Shown: positions 1 to 10,706 of the stretch, piece after piece
Layout of the letters: every line of letters begins with the position of its first letter
How positions within the stretch are numbered: the first letter of the stretch is position 1
NCBI GenBank assembly: GCA_002011125.2
Contig: MTMF02000009.1
Span: 96,001-160,000 of the forward strand
DNA length: 64,000 nt
From: Candidatus Hydrothermarchaeum profundi
Lineage (GTDB): Archaea; Hydrothermarchaeota; Hydrothermarchaeia; Hydrothermarchaeales; Hydrothermarchaeaceae
Direction: 5' to 3'
Made by a program: the position numbers and the translations under genes
The notes under the pieces: generated by a model
The model's database searches: none
Told to the model about the DNA's origin: nothing
What the model saw: the letters and a program-made list of their open reading frames with translations, nothing else

Positions 1-27
1 GTTTCCACTTGGCAACTTTAGTCATTT

Positions 28-675
28 TCAACCACCAACTTTTACACTTGGACCCATAGTCGTGCTTAGGTAAACTGACTTTATATTATTATAGCCCTTT
101 TCAAGCTTTCTTTCGATAAATCCCAGAACAGCTTCAATATTTTCAACGATCTTTTTGTCTTCCATGTTCTCTGTACCTACCGGTACATGTATCACGGGGT
201 TTTCCTTAGTTCTAATCCTAACAGTTTTTCTAAGCCTGTCAACGAGAGGTTGCAATGGCGCACCAGGGGGTATAGGCTTAGGCATCTTACCCCTTGGACC
301 GAGGATTGGACCAAGAGATTTACCTACCAAAGCCATGAGATTGGTAGGTGAAATAAAAAAGTCCATCTCCTCCGCAAGCTTTCTAGCCTCTCTTTTTTTA
401 CCTGCCAGAGACTCCAGCTCTTCCTTCGTGATTACCTTGTCTGCAATTTTTTTAGCCTGCAAAGCGAGTTCATCTTCTCCAATGACACAAATCTTAACTT
501 GTTTGCCTCTGCCGTTCGGTAGGACAATTTCCTCGTTTATTCTATTTTCTGGCTTATTCAGATCCATATCTTTCAAATTAATGGCCAATTCAATGCTCTG
601 AGTGAAATTCCTTTTTTTGGATTTTTCTTTAACTTCTTTAACAGCTCTAGAAATATCTTCAATAGGTATCGCCAT
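28..675 (-). CDS. rpl1: 50S ribosomal protein uL1
   Basis: KKRNFTQSIELAINLKD and LGPRGKMP motifs; follows rpl11 in the conserved cluster. Confidence 0.97.
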   Translation of the reverse strand: MAIPIEDISRAVKEVKEKSKKRNFTQSIELAINLKDMDLNKPENRINEEIVLPNGRGKQVKICVIGEDELALQAKKIADKVITKEELESLAGKKREARKLAEEMDFFISPTNLMALVGKSLGPILGPRGKMPKPIPPGAPLQPLVDRLRKTVRIRTKENPVIHVPVGTENMEDKKIVENIEAVLGFIERKLEKGYNNIKSVYLSTTMGPSVKVGG

Positions 676-682
676 AGGACAC

Positions 683-1165
683 TTACTCCGCTAACTTATC
701 GTCATATAAACCTTGTGAAATCTCAGACTGAACTACCTTAGGAGATTTACCATCCACGGTAACTCCCATAGATAAACATGTACCTAAGACTTCCTTTACC
801 GCTGCTTTTAAATCTACTGCAAGCATGCTATCCTTCTTCATTTTTGCTATTTTTTTTAAGCTTTCAAAGCTTAGATTCCCTATCGGTTCAATAGCATCTC
901 CTGAACCTTTTTCAGCTCCAAGCTCCTTTAGTATCAAGGCGCTGGTCGGAGGACTACCAACTTCTATCTCAAACTCCTTGGAGGAAGTATCAACTATTAC
1001 CTTCACAGGGACTTTCATCCCTTGATAATCTTTAGTTTTTTCGTTAATAACGTCAACAACTTTACTTATGTTCACACCCAAAGGCCCTAAAGCGGGTCCT
1101 AATGGAGGTCCACTACTGGCCTTGCCACCTTCAACGAGCGCTTCAATCTCCTGCTTCACTTTCAT
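683..1165 (-). CDS. rpl11: 50S ribosomal protein uL11
   Basis: [18 protein letters not shown] and GTCLSMGV motifs. Confidence 0.97.
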   Translation of the reverse strand: MKVKQEIEALVEGGKASSGPPLGPALGPLGVNISKVVDVINEKTKDYQGMKVPVKVIVDTSSKEFEIEVGSPPTSALILKELGAEKGSGDAIEPIGNLSFESLKKIAKMKKDSMLAVDLKAAVKEVLGTCLSMGVTVDGKSPKVVQSEISQGLYDDKLAE

Positions 1166-1613
1166 GCTCCTCCTTTCTTATAACTTTAATGCTGTCACCT
1201 TGAACGGTGACAGGTATCGGAACAGTAGCTTCAAAAAGTTCTACAGTGATTTCTTCTTTTTTAAGGTCAACCCTCACTACCCTCGCTTTTTCTCCCTTGA
1301 AAGGACCGCTCACGAGTTCTACAATATCCCCTGCATCAACTTTAGTGACCATGGGCTTAGGTTCAAAGAATTTCTCAATCTCGGATAAATCTATTTCTCC
1401 CTCAACCACGCCTCTCGCATGAGACACCCCATGAAGCGATTTTTCAATTTCTGTCTTATTAACAGCCTCAACTAAAATATAGCCTCTTATATCATGCGGC
1501 ACGAGAACTGATTGAATCTCAAAATTTTCCTTCTCAGTTCTAGCGGTAATCATATCTGCTACGCTTCTTTCCCTACCAATGGTAGTTCTTACTGCATAAA
1601 TTTTCGTCTCCAT
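1143..1613 (-). CDS. spt5: Transcription elongation factor Spt5/NusG
   Basis: NGN domain ([17 protein letters not shown]) plus KOW motif ([18 protein letters not shown]); ATG at 1613 chosen, TTG at 1622 is the alternative. Confidence 0.95.
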   Translation of the reverse strand: METKIYAVRTTIGRERSVADMITARTEKENFEIQSVLVPHDIRGYILVEAVNKTEIEKSLHGVSHARGVVEGEIDLSEIEKFFEPKPMVTKVDAGDIVELVSGPFKGEKARVVRVDLKKEEITVELFEATVPIPVTVQGDSIKVIRKEEHESEAGD

Positions 1614-1634
1614 CTTACTCAACCGGCTATAGTC

Positions 1635-1811
1635 TTACAATATTACCCCAGTTAATTGTATTGCTATACGGATTAGAAATCCTATTGCACCAATAATAAC
1701 TATCCCAAGTCCAGTAATTTTTGCAACCATAATGTACTCCGACTTAGTAGGCTTCCTAGAAAGCTTTATTACTCTATCCCACTCTCTTACCTTTTCCTTA
1801 ATCATTTTCAT
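1635..1811 (-). CDS. secE: Protein translocase subunit SecE/Sec61-gamma (58 aa, not in the ORF track)
   Basis: Hand translation [58 protein letters not shown]; RKP..EY motif plus one TM; canonical position between ftsZ and spt5; ATGA overlap with the ftsZ stop. Confidence 0.93.
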   Translation of the reverse strand: MKMIKEKVREWDRVIKLSRKPTKSEYIMVAKITGLGIVIIGAIGFLIRIAIQLTGVIL

Positions 1812-2926
1812 TCTAAGAAATCAATGCCCAACTCGCTCTTGAGATCCCTCTCCCTCTCCCGCCGGATAGGGGTCTCTTCTGCTCCAAGGATCTGTTTAGA
1901 TTTCACTCCAGTAATCACTAACATTACCCTCAGCAATCCTTTTAAATCTTCTTCTATTTGCGCACCCCATATTATGTTGGCCCTGGGATCTAGCCTTTCA
2001 GAAACGACCTGTACTACCTGCTCTGCTTCAGTTAATGTCAAATCTTCTCCACCAACCACGTTTATTAAAGCACCACTGGCTCCAGTTATATCAACGTTAA
2101 GTAATGGACTATTAACTGCTTTCTCTATCGCCTCCACAGCCCTATTCTCAGTATCGCTTTCACCCATACCAATCATCGCCACTCCGCCGCCTTCCATCAC
2201 TGCCCTAATATCAGCAAAATCTAAGTTAATTAAGCCCGGCTTAGTAATGAGTTCAGCAATACCTTTAACCGCCCTTACAAGTATCTCATCAGCTACTTTG
2301 AAGGCAGCTGGCAAAGGAAGATTTGGAGCAATTTCCAATAGCTTATCATTGGGTATAACTATAACTGTGTCAGCCTCTTTCCTAAGCTTCTCTAAACCCA
2401 TTTCCGCATTTCCTCTCCTTCTAAGACCCTCCATAGTGAATGGAAAAGTAACTATTGCAACAGTCAACGCTCCCAATTTCTGAGCGATATCTGCGATTAT
2501 AGGTGCACTTCCTGTTCCAGTACCTCCACCAAGACCACAGGTTATAAAAACTAGGTCTGCGCCTTGAACGACCTCTTTAATTTCTTTTTCACTCTCTTTG
2601 GCTGCTTCCTCTCCTATCTGCGGTACAGAACCCGCACCTAAACCCCCAGTAAGCTCTCTTCCAATCAACACCTTCCTGTGAGCAGAAGTGTACAAAAGAT
2701 CTTGAGCATCAGTGTTGATAGCTATAGTTTCAGCACCCTCAATGCCAACCTCCATTAGCCTGCTTATAGTATTACCCCCCGCTCCACCTGTGCCTATTAC
2801 AACTATCCTTGCTTTAGTGCGGGAGAGTATCTTCTCTAATTCTTCATCTATAGCCCCTCGAGGCCTCGGGGTACCAAATTTATCTTTAGCGGTATTTTTC
2901 AAAGCATCTTCAATAATAGAATCCAA
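1808..2926 (-). CDS. ftsZ: Cell division protein FtsZ (FtsZ1 type)
   Basis: GGGTGTG tubulin signature, [16 protein letters not shown]; conserved synteny. Confidence 0.97.
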   Translation of the reverse strand: MDSIIEDALKNTAKDKFGTPRPRGAIDEELEKILSRTKARIVVIGTGGAGGNTISRLMEVGIEGAETIAINTDAQDLLYTSAHRKVLIGRELTGGLGAGSVPQIGEEAAKESEKEIKEVVQGADLVFITCGLGGGTGTGSAPIIADIAQKLGALTVAIVTFPFTMEGLRRRGNAEMGLEKLRKEADTVIVIPNDKLLEIAPNLPLPAAFKVADEILVRAVKGIAELITKPGLINLDFADIRAVMEGGGVAMIGMGESDTENRAVEAIEKAVNSPLLNVDITGASGALINVVGGEDLTLTEAEQVVQVVSERLDPRANIIWGAQIEEDLKGLLRVMLVITGVKSKQILGAEETPIRRERERDLKSELGIDFLE

Positions 2927-2967
2927 TATAATGCCTCCTATGGAGATGAGTTACGATAAGAATTATA

Positions 2968-4209
2968 CTATATGTATTTAAATATTTCTTCATCTTTTAT
3001 TTTAATTCGCTTTTCTTTTACCTTTACGACCATCTCAGGAGTTATTTCCCTACCCTCTAGCTTAACTGAGTTTCCTCGAGCTAATTTCCCAAATAACGGT
3101 CCATCTTTTATCCCAAGCATCCTTGCCTTATCTGGATCAAACTTCATCTCTCTTAGGATAAGATATGTTCCATCTATCTTTATCTGATATTTCTTTTTTA
3201 ATATCTCAAAGCATGCCTTTATAACTCTTGAGCGGATATCTTCTTTTGCCTGGAATTTGTTTTTTAATTTGCCATCCTTATCTCTTATTACTACACCGCC
3301 TTTCTCTAAAATTAAAGACTCGATTTTTTTCCTATCGATCTTTTCTGCTTCCTTGAAAAATTCCTCTTCTATTTCAAATTCTGGAAGTACTGGCTTCTTT
3401 GCTAGATCTTTACCTCTCTTAAGTTCCAAACCTACCTCCTCAGCCAGCTTTTTGGCTCTTACCCTATGCTCTTTTTTCATTCCCTTCCAGTCTAGGAGTC
3501 CAAAAAGTGCTCCTGTTTTCTTTATTGCCTGCTGAAATACTTCTCTACGGATATCTAATACAGAGTAGCTTGGAATGATATGCCCAATAGCTACATCGCT
3601 TTCAAGCATAATTTTAGTATGAATTGGAGCATAGTGAGTCCCTCCAATACCAATAGCCCTCGGAAAATCTTGCCGGTTCCGTGCTGCATTCAATACAGCT
3701 CTAGCTACAGCTCTTATCGCTTTCTTATCCTCCCATTCCTCCACAGTACTCCCTACTTCAACAAACAAAAGAGGCTTTTGCAGGTCTGTAGGACCATGAT
3801 GCGTGGCCTCCATGGAAACCCTATATCCCAGTGCTAAGTCCTTATTCGCTTTATAGAGCTCTCTTAAAGCTACTTTCATAGCGGCAGGCTGGGGTATAGA
3901 TAATTTTTCTGGCCTACCCCCAACTTTAGCTTCCGAAGTTAGGTTTCCAGTTGCATGTACTGTCAGAGTCTTTTCTCCTGACTCACTCTTATGCCTCGAT
4001 GCAAAGACATAAAACTCGGGATCAAAGAATCCATCAAGATGCTCCGCCTGCGTTTGACTTTTTTCTGTAGAAATAAGCCAGATTTCTCCTTTTTCATATA
4101 TAGGCATTCCTTCAAATTCGCCTTTCTCCTTAAATCCGAAATTCTTAGCTAATTCATTATAAATGTTTTTACCAGCTATATCTCTGTGAGATGTTACTAT
4201 CAGCCGCAT
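2968..4209 (-). CDS. dtdA: D-aminoacyl-tRNA deacylase (DTD2) with C-terminal extension
   Basis: SRHKS, LTVH, EATHHGPT, FVEVGS and GGTHY motifs; usual position upstream of ftsZ. Confidence 0.92.
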   Translation of the reverse strand: MRLIVTSHRDIAGKNIYNELAKNFGFKEKGEFEGMPIYEKGEIWLISTEKSQTQAEHLDGFFDPEFYVFASRHKSESGEKTLTVHATGNLTSEAKVGGRPEKLSIPQPAAMKVALRELYKANKDLALGYRVSMEATHHGPTDLQKPLLFVEVGSTVEEWEDKKAIRAVARAVLNAARNRQDFPRAIGIGGTHYAPIHTKIMLESDVAIGHIIPSYSVLDIRREVFQQAIKKTGALFGLLDWKGMKKEHRVRAKKLAEEVGLELKRGKDLAKKPVLPEFEIEEEFFKEAEKIDRKKIESLILEKGGVVIRDKDGKLKNKFQAKEDIRSRVIKACFEILKKKYQIKIDGTYLILREMKFDPDKARMLGIKDGPLFGKLARGNSVKLEGREITPEMVVKVKEKRIKIKDEEIFKYI

Positions 4210-4226
4210 TACTCCCGCCTCATACT

Positions 4227-4811
4227 CTAGGCTTCCTTGCTTAATATAAGTGGAATCAATTCATCTATAGAGTCCACATAGAAATCTGCTTCTCCAATTA
4301 CATCCTCAGAAAACCTACTTCTTATTAGTCCAGTTGTAATTCCAACCGCTCTACCCGCATCGAGGTCATATCTATGATCTCCTACAAAGACCGCTTCATC
4401 TTTATTTAATTCTAAGTGATTTAAAACTAGCTCTAATTGTTTACCACTAGGCTTTGGCTCTCCGTCTTCCCTAGTTATAACTACATCAAAGTCAAGCCCA
4501 TGTTTTTTAGAAATAATCTCAACAGCCTTTTTATTATTTCTAGTAACTAGGGCCTTCTTGATACCCCTCTTAGTTAGTAGCTCAAAAAGTTCACTTACCC
4601 CCGGATTAAGCTCCGAATGTAGAGCGGCCTCACATTCATGTTCTATCAGTATTCTTTCAGCTTTTTTCCTTTTTTCTCCTTTTAACCTAGATATAATCTC
4701 CATTAAGCTCATCTCTATGTCCTCGCCAAGGATTTCCCTCTTTATCCCAGAGATGTCGAGATTGAATTTAGTTAAAGTCCCATCTAGATCAAATATAACC
4801 AGCTTAATCAT
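4227..4811 (-). CDS. HAD-superfamily hydrolase
   Basis: FDLDGTL motif I, KP motif, VGD...D motif IV. Confidence 0.88.
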   Translation of the reverse strand: MIKLVIFDLDGTLTKFNLDISGIKREILGEDIEMSLMEIISRLKGEKRKKAERILIEHECEAALHSELNPGVSELFELLTKRGIKKALVTRNNKKAVEIISKKHGLDFDVVITREDGEPKPSGKQLELVLNHLELNKDEAVFVGDHRYDLDAGRAVGITTGLIRSRFSEDVIGEADFYVDSIDELIPLILSKEA

Positions 4812-4833
4812 CGAGAAAAAAAAAGAAATTTAA

Positions 4834-5742
4834 CTATATAAATTCCTCTATCCTCAACTGTCCTTTTTTTCTAAGAGGCTCTGAGTAAAATCCCCTAGAT
4901 CTGAGTTCTTCCGAGAATTCCTCGCAAAAACCATGAATTGTATAAACTATCTGGGGGTCTACCTCTTCAACATAGTGAATGAGGTCATAAAAGTCCGAAT
5001 GATCACTAAGAGGGAAAGCACCCTCAATTCCCCTACGCGACTCAAAACGGAGAGCCCAACCCGTCACCACTCCTTTTCTGAAATTAGAGTCCATAGCCTT
5101 AGACCTTGGAGGAAGTATGACAACATAGTCATCATCTATTTCTCCATCTAATAAAGAGTATTCTCCAAGATAAACTCCTAACTTTTCATACTTTTTATTG
5201 TTCTTATATATAGTGGGGTGCACTTGTATCAAATAATCCTCTGCGAGATATCTAGTCAACTCTTGAGCTTTTCCAAAAGAATATGCCAGCAGACAAGGAG
5301 TTTTTCCCATAGAGTGCGTATCGTCTATCCAGTCCCTAATCTCTTTAACCACCTCTGCTCTCTCAGGAAACTTAAAGAAAGGACTGCCATATGTAGATTC
5401 AACTATGAGAACATCTGCCTTTACAATCTTTGCTTCTTCTGTCGTAACTCCCCCACGTAAATTGAAATCCCCCGAATAGATAACATTAAACCCATTTTTT
5501 ATGAGAAGTTGTCCTGAACCAAGCATATGGCCTGATTGAATTATTTGAAATCCTATCCCATTTACACAAATTTCTTCCACAAATCCTACGCTACTACAAC
5601 CTAAATTTGAAAGATACTTAGTCTGATGAGAAGTAATAACCATGCCTTCAATAGACCTAGGGATATGGTCTGAATGCGCATGGGAGATAAAAGCTAGGCC
5701 GCTGGCTTTTTTAGGATCAAGACATATCCTCACGTCATCCAT
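4834..5742 (-). CDS. Metallo-beta-lactamase / beta-CASP nuclease family protein
   Basis: SHAHSDH, GHMLGS, YSGD, ESTYG, LSDHSD and HG motifs; the true start may be upstream (see findings). Confidence 0.85.
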   Translation of the reverse strand: MDDVRICLDPKKASGLAFISHAHSDHIPRSIEGMVITSHQTKYLSNLGCSSVGFVEEICVNGIGFQIIQSGHMLGSGQLLIKNGFNVIYSGDFNLRGGVTTEEAKIVKADVLIVESTYGSPFFKFPERAEVVKEIRDWIDDTHSMGKTPCLLAYSFGKAQELTRYLAEDYLIQVHPTIYKNNKKYEKLGVYLGEYSLLDGEIDDDYVVILPPRSKAMDSNFRKGVVTGWALRFESRRGIEGAFPLSDHSDFYDLIHYVEEVDPQIVYTIHGFCEEFSEELRSRGFYSEPLRKKGQLRIEEFI

Positions 5743-5871
5743 GGATATTTCTATTCCATTTCCCAGGCAGATTATTTCTACTACCTCCTCACCAATTTCA
5801 GTTTTCCCGGAATATAAGGGTTCCGCTCTTTCACATATTTTTTATATTCCTGACTGTCAACAAGTGAAATT

Positions 5872-6489
5872 ATGAACATCTTTGCTATAGTGCCTGTGAA
5901 TAAATTATCGGAAGCAAAAAGTAGACTATCCCACGTGTTAACTCCGGTAGAGAGGAAGGCCCTCGTAATATGTATGCTAAAAGATGTATTAGACGCGTTG
6001 AAAAATCTAAAGATTATAATAATTAGTCCGGAGCCAAGTATAGGAAACCTTAAAGGTTATCGTTATGATTTCCTGCTAGAAAAGGAAAAAAAAGATTTAA
6101 ACGAAGCTGTTAAGGTTGCTACCAAATATGCAATTAAAAAAAAGGCAGAGGCTACCTTATTTGTACCTGCGGACATCCCTCTCATATCGCCATATATTAT
6201 TCAAGAAATACTTTCCCTTGGAAAAATTCATCCACTTATAATATCTCCTGCTAAAAGAAACGGAACAGGTATCCTATTTAGGCGTCCTCCTGATATTATT
6301 GAGGAAAAATTCACTTCAAACAGTTTTTTAGACCACCTAGAGGAAGCAAAATCTAAGAATATTACACCTTATATCTACGAGTCTCCTCGCATTTCCCTTG
6401 ACCTTGATACCCAAGAAGACCTAGAGGAATTCATCCAAATCGGTAGGGGTACAAGGACCTACGACTTTCTAGTAGAGAGGATCATTTAG
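5872..6489 (+). CDS. cofC: 2-phospho-L-lactate/PEP guanylyltransferase (F420 biosynthesis)
   Basis: IVPV...AKSRLS, ADIP, DLDTQEDL motifs. Confidence 0.88.
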   Translation: MNIFAIVPVNKLSEAKSRLSHVLTPVERKALVICMLKDVLDALKNLKIIIISPEPSIGNLKGYRYDFLLEKEKKDLNEAVKVATKYAIKKKAEATLFVPADIPLISPYIIQEILSLGKIHPLIISPAKRNGTGILFRRPPDIIEEKFTSNSFLDHLEEAKSKNITPYIYESPRISLDLDTQEDLEEFIQIGRGTRTYDFLVERII

Positions 6490-7624
6490 GCCTTTCTCCT
6501 AAAATCACTTCAGTAGTATATATTTCGCCCTCTCTCCAATATTTTATCTCTATTCTCTCCCCCACTTGCTTTTTAAATAATACTTCTATAAGATCGTCCA
6601 TACTACTTATCTTCTCGCCTGCTATCTCAACTATTACATCGCCCAAAATGAAATCTTCTTCAAACGGAGATGACTCAGTGCCCTTTAGACCCGCCTTATA
6701 TGCAGGGCCCCCAGGTTCAACTTCTATTACTAAAGCACCAGAAGTTATTGGGATACCTAACGTTTCTGAAAGTTCTTCAGTTAAGTCCCTTCCAGTTATG
6801 CCCAGCCATGGGCGTATTACTTTACCCCTCTCTATAAGCTCTTCTGCAACTTGCTTAGCTGTGTTTATTGGTATAGCGAAGCCGATTCCTTGGAATCCCC
6901 CTGAGACTGTGAAAATTGCACTCGTTATACCAATCACTTCACCCTTAGAATTTAAAAGAGGCCCCCCACTGTTACCGGGGTTGATTGCGGCATCCGTTTG
7001 AATGACTCCATAAATCTTATAACCATCATTTGAGAGTGTTCTATTTACTGCACTTATTACTCCCACTGTTATAGTATTTTCTAGCACATAAGGATTACCT
7101 ACTGCAATAGATATCTGACCAGGGACTATATTATCCGAATCTCCTAATATCACCGGCTTTAGATCATATGATGGATCTATCTTAAGAACCGCTGTGTCTG
7201 TTACCAGATCTGCTCCTATAACCTCTGCTTTCCATTCATCTCCGTTTGAAAGAATTACTCTAACTTCATCCGCATCTTCCACCACATGCTGGTTAGTTAG
7301 TATTAAACCAGAGGAGTCAATTATCATGCCTGAACCAGTCCGCTCACTTTTTTCTTTTATACCGAATATGTTTTCAAATTCCCCAACAGACACTATGTGG
7401 ACAACTGAATCTTTAACTTGTTCGAATATAGCTGATACAATAGCTTCCTGGGATAGCGATTCATTTACTAGTATAACTTTTTGCTCTAGGATAGGAGGAG
7501 TTTTTTCATATAACCGGTCACCCCACGTAAAAAAAATCCCGGCAGTGAGTAAGCTGCTCGCTACTCCAATTAGTATACCAAAGACAACTAGTTTCCAAAA
7601 ACCCTCACTTTTACTCATTTTCAA
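6482..7624 (-). CDS. HtrA/DegP-family membrane-anchored serine protease with PDZ domain
   Basis: N-terminal TM, TNQHVV, IQTDAAINPGNSGGPL, C-terminal PDZ. Confidence 0.93.
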   Translation of the reverse strand: MKMSKSEGFWKLVVFGILIGVASSLLTAGIFFTWGDRLYEKTPPILEQKVILVNESLSQEAIVSAIFEQVKDSVVHIVSVGEFENIFGIKEKSERTGSGMIIDSSGLILTNQHVVEDADEVRVILSNGDEWKAEVIGADLVTDTAVLKIDPSYDLKPVILGDSDNIVPGQISIAVGNPYVLENTITVGVISAVNRTLSNDGYKIYGVIQTDAAINPGNSGGPLLNSKGEVIGITSAIFTVSGGFQGIGFAIPINTAKQVAEELIERGKVIRPWLGITGRDLTEELSETLGIPITSGALVIEVEPGGPAYKAGLKGTESSPFEEDFILGDVIVEIAGEKISSMDDLIEVLFKKQVGERIEIKYWREGEIYTTEVILGERPK

Positions 7625-7701
7625 TGAACCTACTAGTACAAAATATTATATCTTCATAAATCTTTTAGTGAAAGATATCCAAATAAAAAAGGGGGTTTAC
7701 C

Positions 7702-8829
7702 ATGATACGCAGAGAAGAAATTCAAAAAATAGCGGGAGAATATGAGGATATAACAATTGGTATTTTTGGCTCTCACTCTGCTAAAGAGGTGGGAATGGCT
7801 GCAAAAGTGGCGGGCTTAAAAACTGTTATAATAGTTCAAGAAGGAAGAGATTGGTTCTATACCAAATACCATAAGCATCTATATGATGAAGTGATAAAAG
7901 TACCAAAATTTCGGGACATGTTAAATGAGGAAGTCCAGGAGAAACTTAGAGAGCTAAACACTATATTCATCCCAAATCGATCCTTCTCGGTTTATGTAGG
8001 ATATGACGGAATAGAAAACGATTTTATGGTCCCACTTTATGGGAATCGGTTTATTCTCCGGGCAGAGGATAGGGCAGATGAAAGAGGGCAGTATTATCTT
8101 ATGAAAAAAGCAGGTATTAGGGTTCCTAAAGAGTTTAAGAGTCCGGAAGAAATTGATAGACTTTGTATAGTTAAAGTCCAGCAGGCCCAAAATGTTCTAG
8201 AAAGAGCTTTTTTCTATGCTTCCTCGCCTGAGGATTACTATAAACAAGAAAAAGAGCTTCTCGAGAAAGGTGTTATAAGCGAGGAAACCCTGAAAAACAG
8301 ACGCATAGAGGAATATGTACTGGGAGCGAGGTTCAACGCTAATTTCCACGGATATGCGTTGGAAGATATTTTTGGGGACTTTGATCTTGTAGGATTCAGT
8401 GATCGCCGTCAAGTAAACCTTCAGGGATTTCTCAATTTACCTGCGAAAGATCAGCTTAAAATAAATGTGCCTGTGAAAAACGAGGAAATCGGGCACTTCG
8501 GAGTTACTATGCGGGAATCTAAACAGCCGCTAGTCTATGATGCGGCCTATCGTTTCAGACGGATAGTGGAGGAAGAGTATCCGCCAAAAATGATTGGACC
8601 CTTCGCACTACAAGGAGCGATAGGTTATAATCCTGATGGAAAACTTGAGTTCGTAGTTTTCGATGTAAGCCCTCGTGTACCTGGAGATCCTGTGATGGGG
8701 CCTACTTCACCTGAGATGAGGAACTTAACCCTTAAACATGGCAGAAAAATAGAGGACCCTATGGATCTAGTTATGATGGAGATTACTACCGCCAAAAAAG
8801 AAGAAAGGCTAGAAGAGGTCGTAACCTAA
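7702..8829 (+). CDS. PurP-like ATP-grasp formate ligase (paralogue 1)
   Basis: GSHSA, IPNRSF, LERAFF, GPFALQ and DVSPRVPG motifs of the PurP/DUF1246-DUF1297 family. Confidence 0.85.
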   Translation: MIRREEIQKIAGEYEDITIGIFGSHSAKEVGMAAKVAGLKTVIIVQEGRDWFYTKYHKHLYDEVIKVPKFRDMLNEEVQEKLRELNTIFIPNRSFSVYVGYDGIENDFMVPLYGNRFILRAEDRADERGQYYLMKKAGIRVPKEFKSPEEIDRLCIVKVQQAQNVLERAFFYASSPEDYYKQEKELLEKGVISEETLKNRRIEEYVLGARFNANFHGYALEDIFGDFDLVGFSDRRQVNLQGFLNLPAKDQLKINVPVKNEEIGHFGVTMRESKQPLVYDAAYRFRRIVEEEYPPKMIGPFALQGAIGYNPDGKLEFVVFDVSPRVPGDPVMGPTSPEMRNLTLKHGRKIEDPMDLVMMEITTAKKEERLEEVVT

Positions 8830-8890
8830 ATTTGAAACCTTAAATTATATATAAGACACCACAAAATATGAACTTCGCCGAGGATGACGC

Positions 8891-9976
8891 ATGATAGAAC
8901 CTTCAGAGATGCATGAAATATTTGAAGAATATGACAAGGATAATTTAACTATCGCTACCATAGGTAGCCATTCTGCGCTCCAGATACTTAAAGGCGGTAG
9001 AGAACTAGGGTTTAACACATTGGCCATATGCAAAAAGGGGAGAGAAGTAATATATGAAAGATTTGGAGTAGCCGATCACATTATCGTGGTTAAAGACTAT
9101 CTAGAACTTCTAAGAGACGAGATAATCAACGAACTCCGAAAGAGAAATTCAATAATAGTGCCTCATGGCTCTTTGATAGCGTATGTGGGGGTAGATGCTA
9201 TTGAAAACCGTCTTCCTGTCCCCCTATTTGGAAATAGAAAAATCTTAAGGTGGGAGTCTGACAGAAATCTAGAGCGGCAGTGGCTGAGTAAAGCAAATAT
9301 AAAGATGCCAAAAGAAACAAAGGACCCTAGAGAGATATCTTGCCTTTCTATAGTTAAGTTTCCTGGAGCAAAAGGTGGACGAGGCTATTTCCTAGTACAA
9401 AACTACGGAGAGTTTCTTAGGAAGTCTAGAGAGATGCTGAAAAAGAAGAGGATAACCAAAGAGGATTTGGATAACGTAACCATTCAAGAGTATGTAATGG
9501 GAGCAAATATGTATCTTTCATACTTTTATTCCCCTCTCAATGATACGGTAGAGCTTTTCGGTATTGATAGAAGATGGGAAGCAAATATCGATGGTTTAAC
9601 ACGGATCCCAGCGATAGATCAGAGTAACGTTTACATCGAACCTAGCTATGTAGTGGTGGGAAACGCTCCTGTAGTAGCCAGAGAGTCATTGCTCGCTAAG
9701 ATTTTTAGGATGGGAGACGATATAGTGGCCGTATCAAAAGAAATTGCTCCTCCTGGAATGCTTGGGCCTTTCTGCCTAGAAACAATGGTGACTCATCATC
9801 TCGAGTTTTTTGCTTTTGAAATCTCAGCTAGGATTGTTGCAGGTACTAACCCTTTCATGAATGGCTCCCCCTACAGCTATGTGCAGTACGGTTGTAATAT
9901 GAGCATGGGAAAGAGAATCGCCCTAGAGTTGAGGAATGCCCTTAAAGAAAAAAAAGAACATCTTCTTATAACTTAA
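8891..9976 (+). CDS. purP: Formate-dependent AICAR formyltransferase (FAICAR synthetase) PurP
   Basis: GSHSALQI, PHGS, GAKGGRGYF, FEISARIVAGTN motifs. Confidence 0.9.
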   Translation: MIEPSEMHEIFEEYDKDNLTIATIGSHSALQILKGGRELGFNTLAICKKGREVIYERFGVADHIIVVKDYLELLRDEIINELRKRNSIIVPHGSLIAYVGVDAIENRLPVPLFGNRKILRWESDRNLERQWLSKANIKMPKETKDPREISCLSIVKFPGAKGGRGYFLVQNYGEFLRKSREMLKKKRITKEDLDNVTIQEYVMGANMYLSYFYSPLNDTVELFGIDRRWEANIDGLTRIPAIDQSNVYIEPSYVVVGNAPVVARESLLAKIFRMGDDIVAVSKEIAPPGMLGPFCLETMVTHHLEFFAFEISARIVAGTNPFMNGSPYSYVQYGCNMSMGKRIALELRNALKEKKEHLLIT

Positions 9977-10261
9977 TCATTCTAAAGCCTTTATAAATTC
10001 CTCAATTGGAGTAGCCGGCAGAGTTTCTATTTTCATGGTACCGGTAGCTCCTATAAGCGCACTAGTCCTCATCGCCGTCTTATCATCCGGAGCCTCAATC
10101 ACACTTACCATATCATATTCCCCCAACGTTGCATATGTTTCCAGTATCCTTACTCCCTCCCTCTCTAAAACAGCGTTTGCCTCTTCATACATTCTTTTCA
10201 AGTTCCTAATGTTCTTAATCCCTTGTTCGGTAAAACTTATTAGTCTTACATAAAGAGGCAT
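9977..10261 (-). CDS. GYD-domain protein
   Basis: MPLYV.L..FTEQG, LGEYD motif, EAPDD. Confidence 0.85.
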   Translation of the reverse strand: MPLYVRLISFTEQGIKNIRNLKRMYEEANAVLEREGVRILETYATLGEYDMVSVIEAPDDKTAMRTSALIGATGTMKIETLPATPIEEFIKALE

Positions 10262-10265
10262 AGAT

Positions 10266-10583
10266 TCACCTCCCTATCTTTACTCTCTTAACCTTATCTT
10301 CCTTCCTCCTTGGCTTGTCTCGTCTATCATCTATTTTTAAGGTAGAGACTACTCTCCTAATGCCTTTATTTACAAGAGCCTGGTGAGCCCTCTCCACTGC
10401 CCTTAGAATATCCGATAAGTTCTCGGATTCTATTATCGTTCCCATGGGAGTGACTTCAATGTCCAGCCCTTCTTTCTCTAAAACCTTTATTGCTTCAGCG
10501 ACATAGTTACCTATACTAGTATCCCCCGTACCCACCGGGATAATTGAGAATTCAGCGATTACTGTGACTTTCTTCACAGACAA
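10266..10583 (-). CDS. MTH1187/YkoF-family thiamine-binding protein
   Basis: AEFSIIPVG, TPMGTIIE, RVVSTLKIDDRRDK. Confidence 0.88.
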   Translation of the reverse strand: MSVKKVTVIAEFSIIPVGTGDTSIGNYVAEAIKVLEKEGLDIEVTPMGTIIESENLSDILRAVERAHQALVNKGIRRVVSTLKIDDRRDKPRRKEDKVKRVKIGR

Positions 10584-10706
10584 GCCTCCTACTGTATATC
10601 TGCTCTTATCTCTTAATTAATTTTCCAATATACAATAAGGAAGTTGAGCATATCTTCTGCCTTTTAATACTGAAAATTAATTTATCTTTGAAATTAATAT
10701 AAATCT

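Noticed and set aside
7702-9976. Tandem PurP paralogues as a novelty
   Set aside because: Two PurP-like proteins per genome are common in archaea
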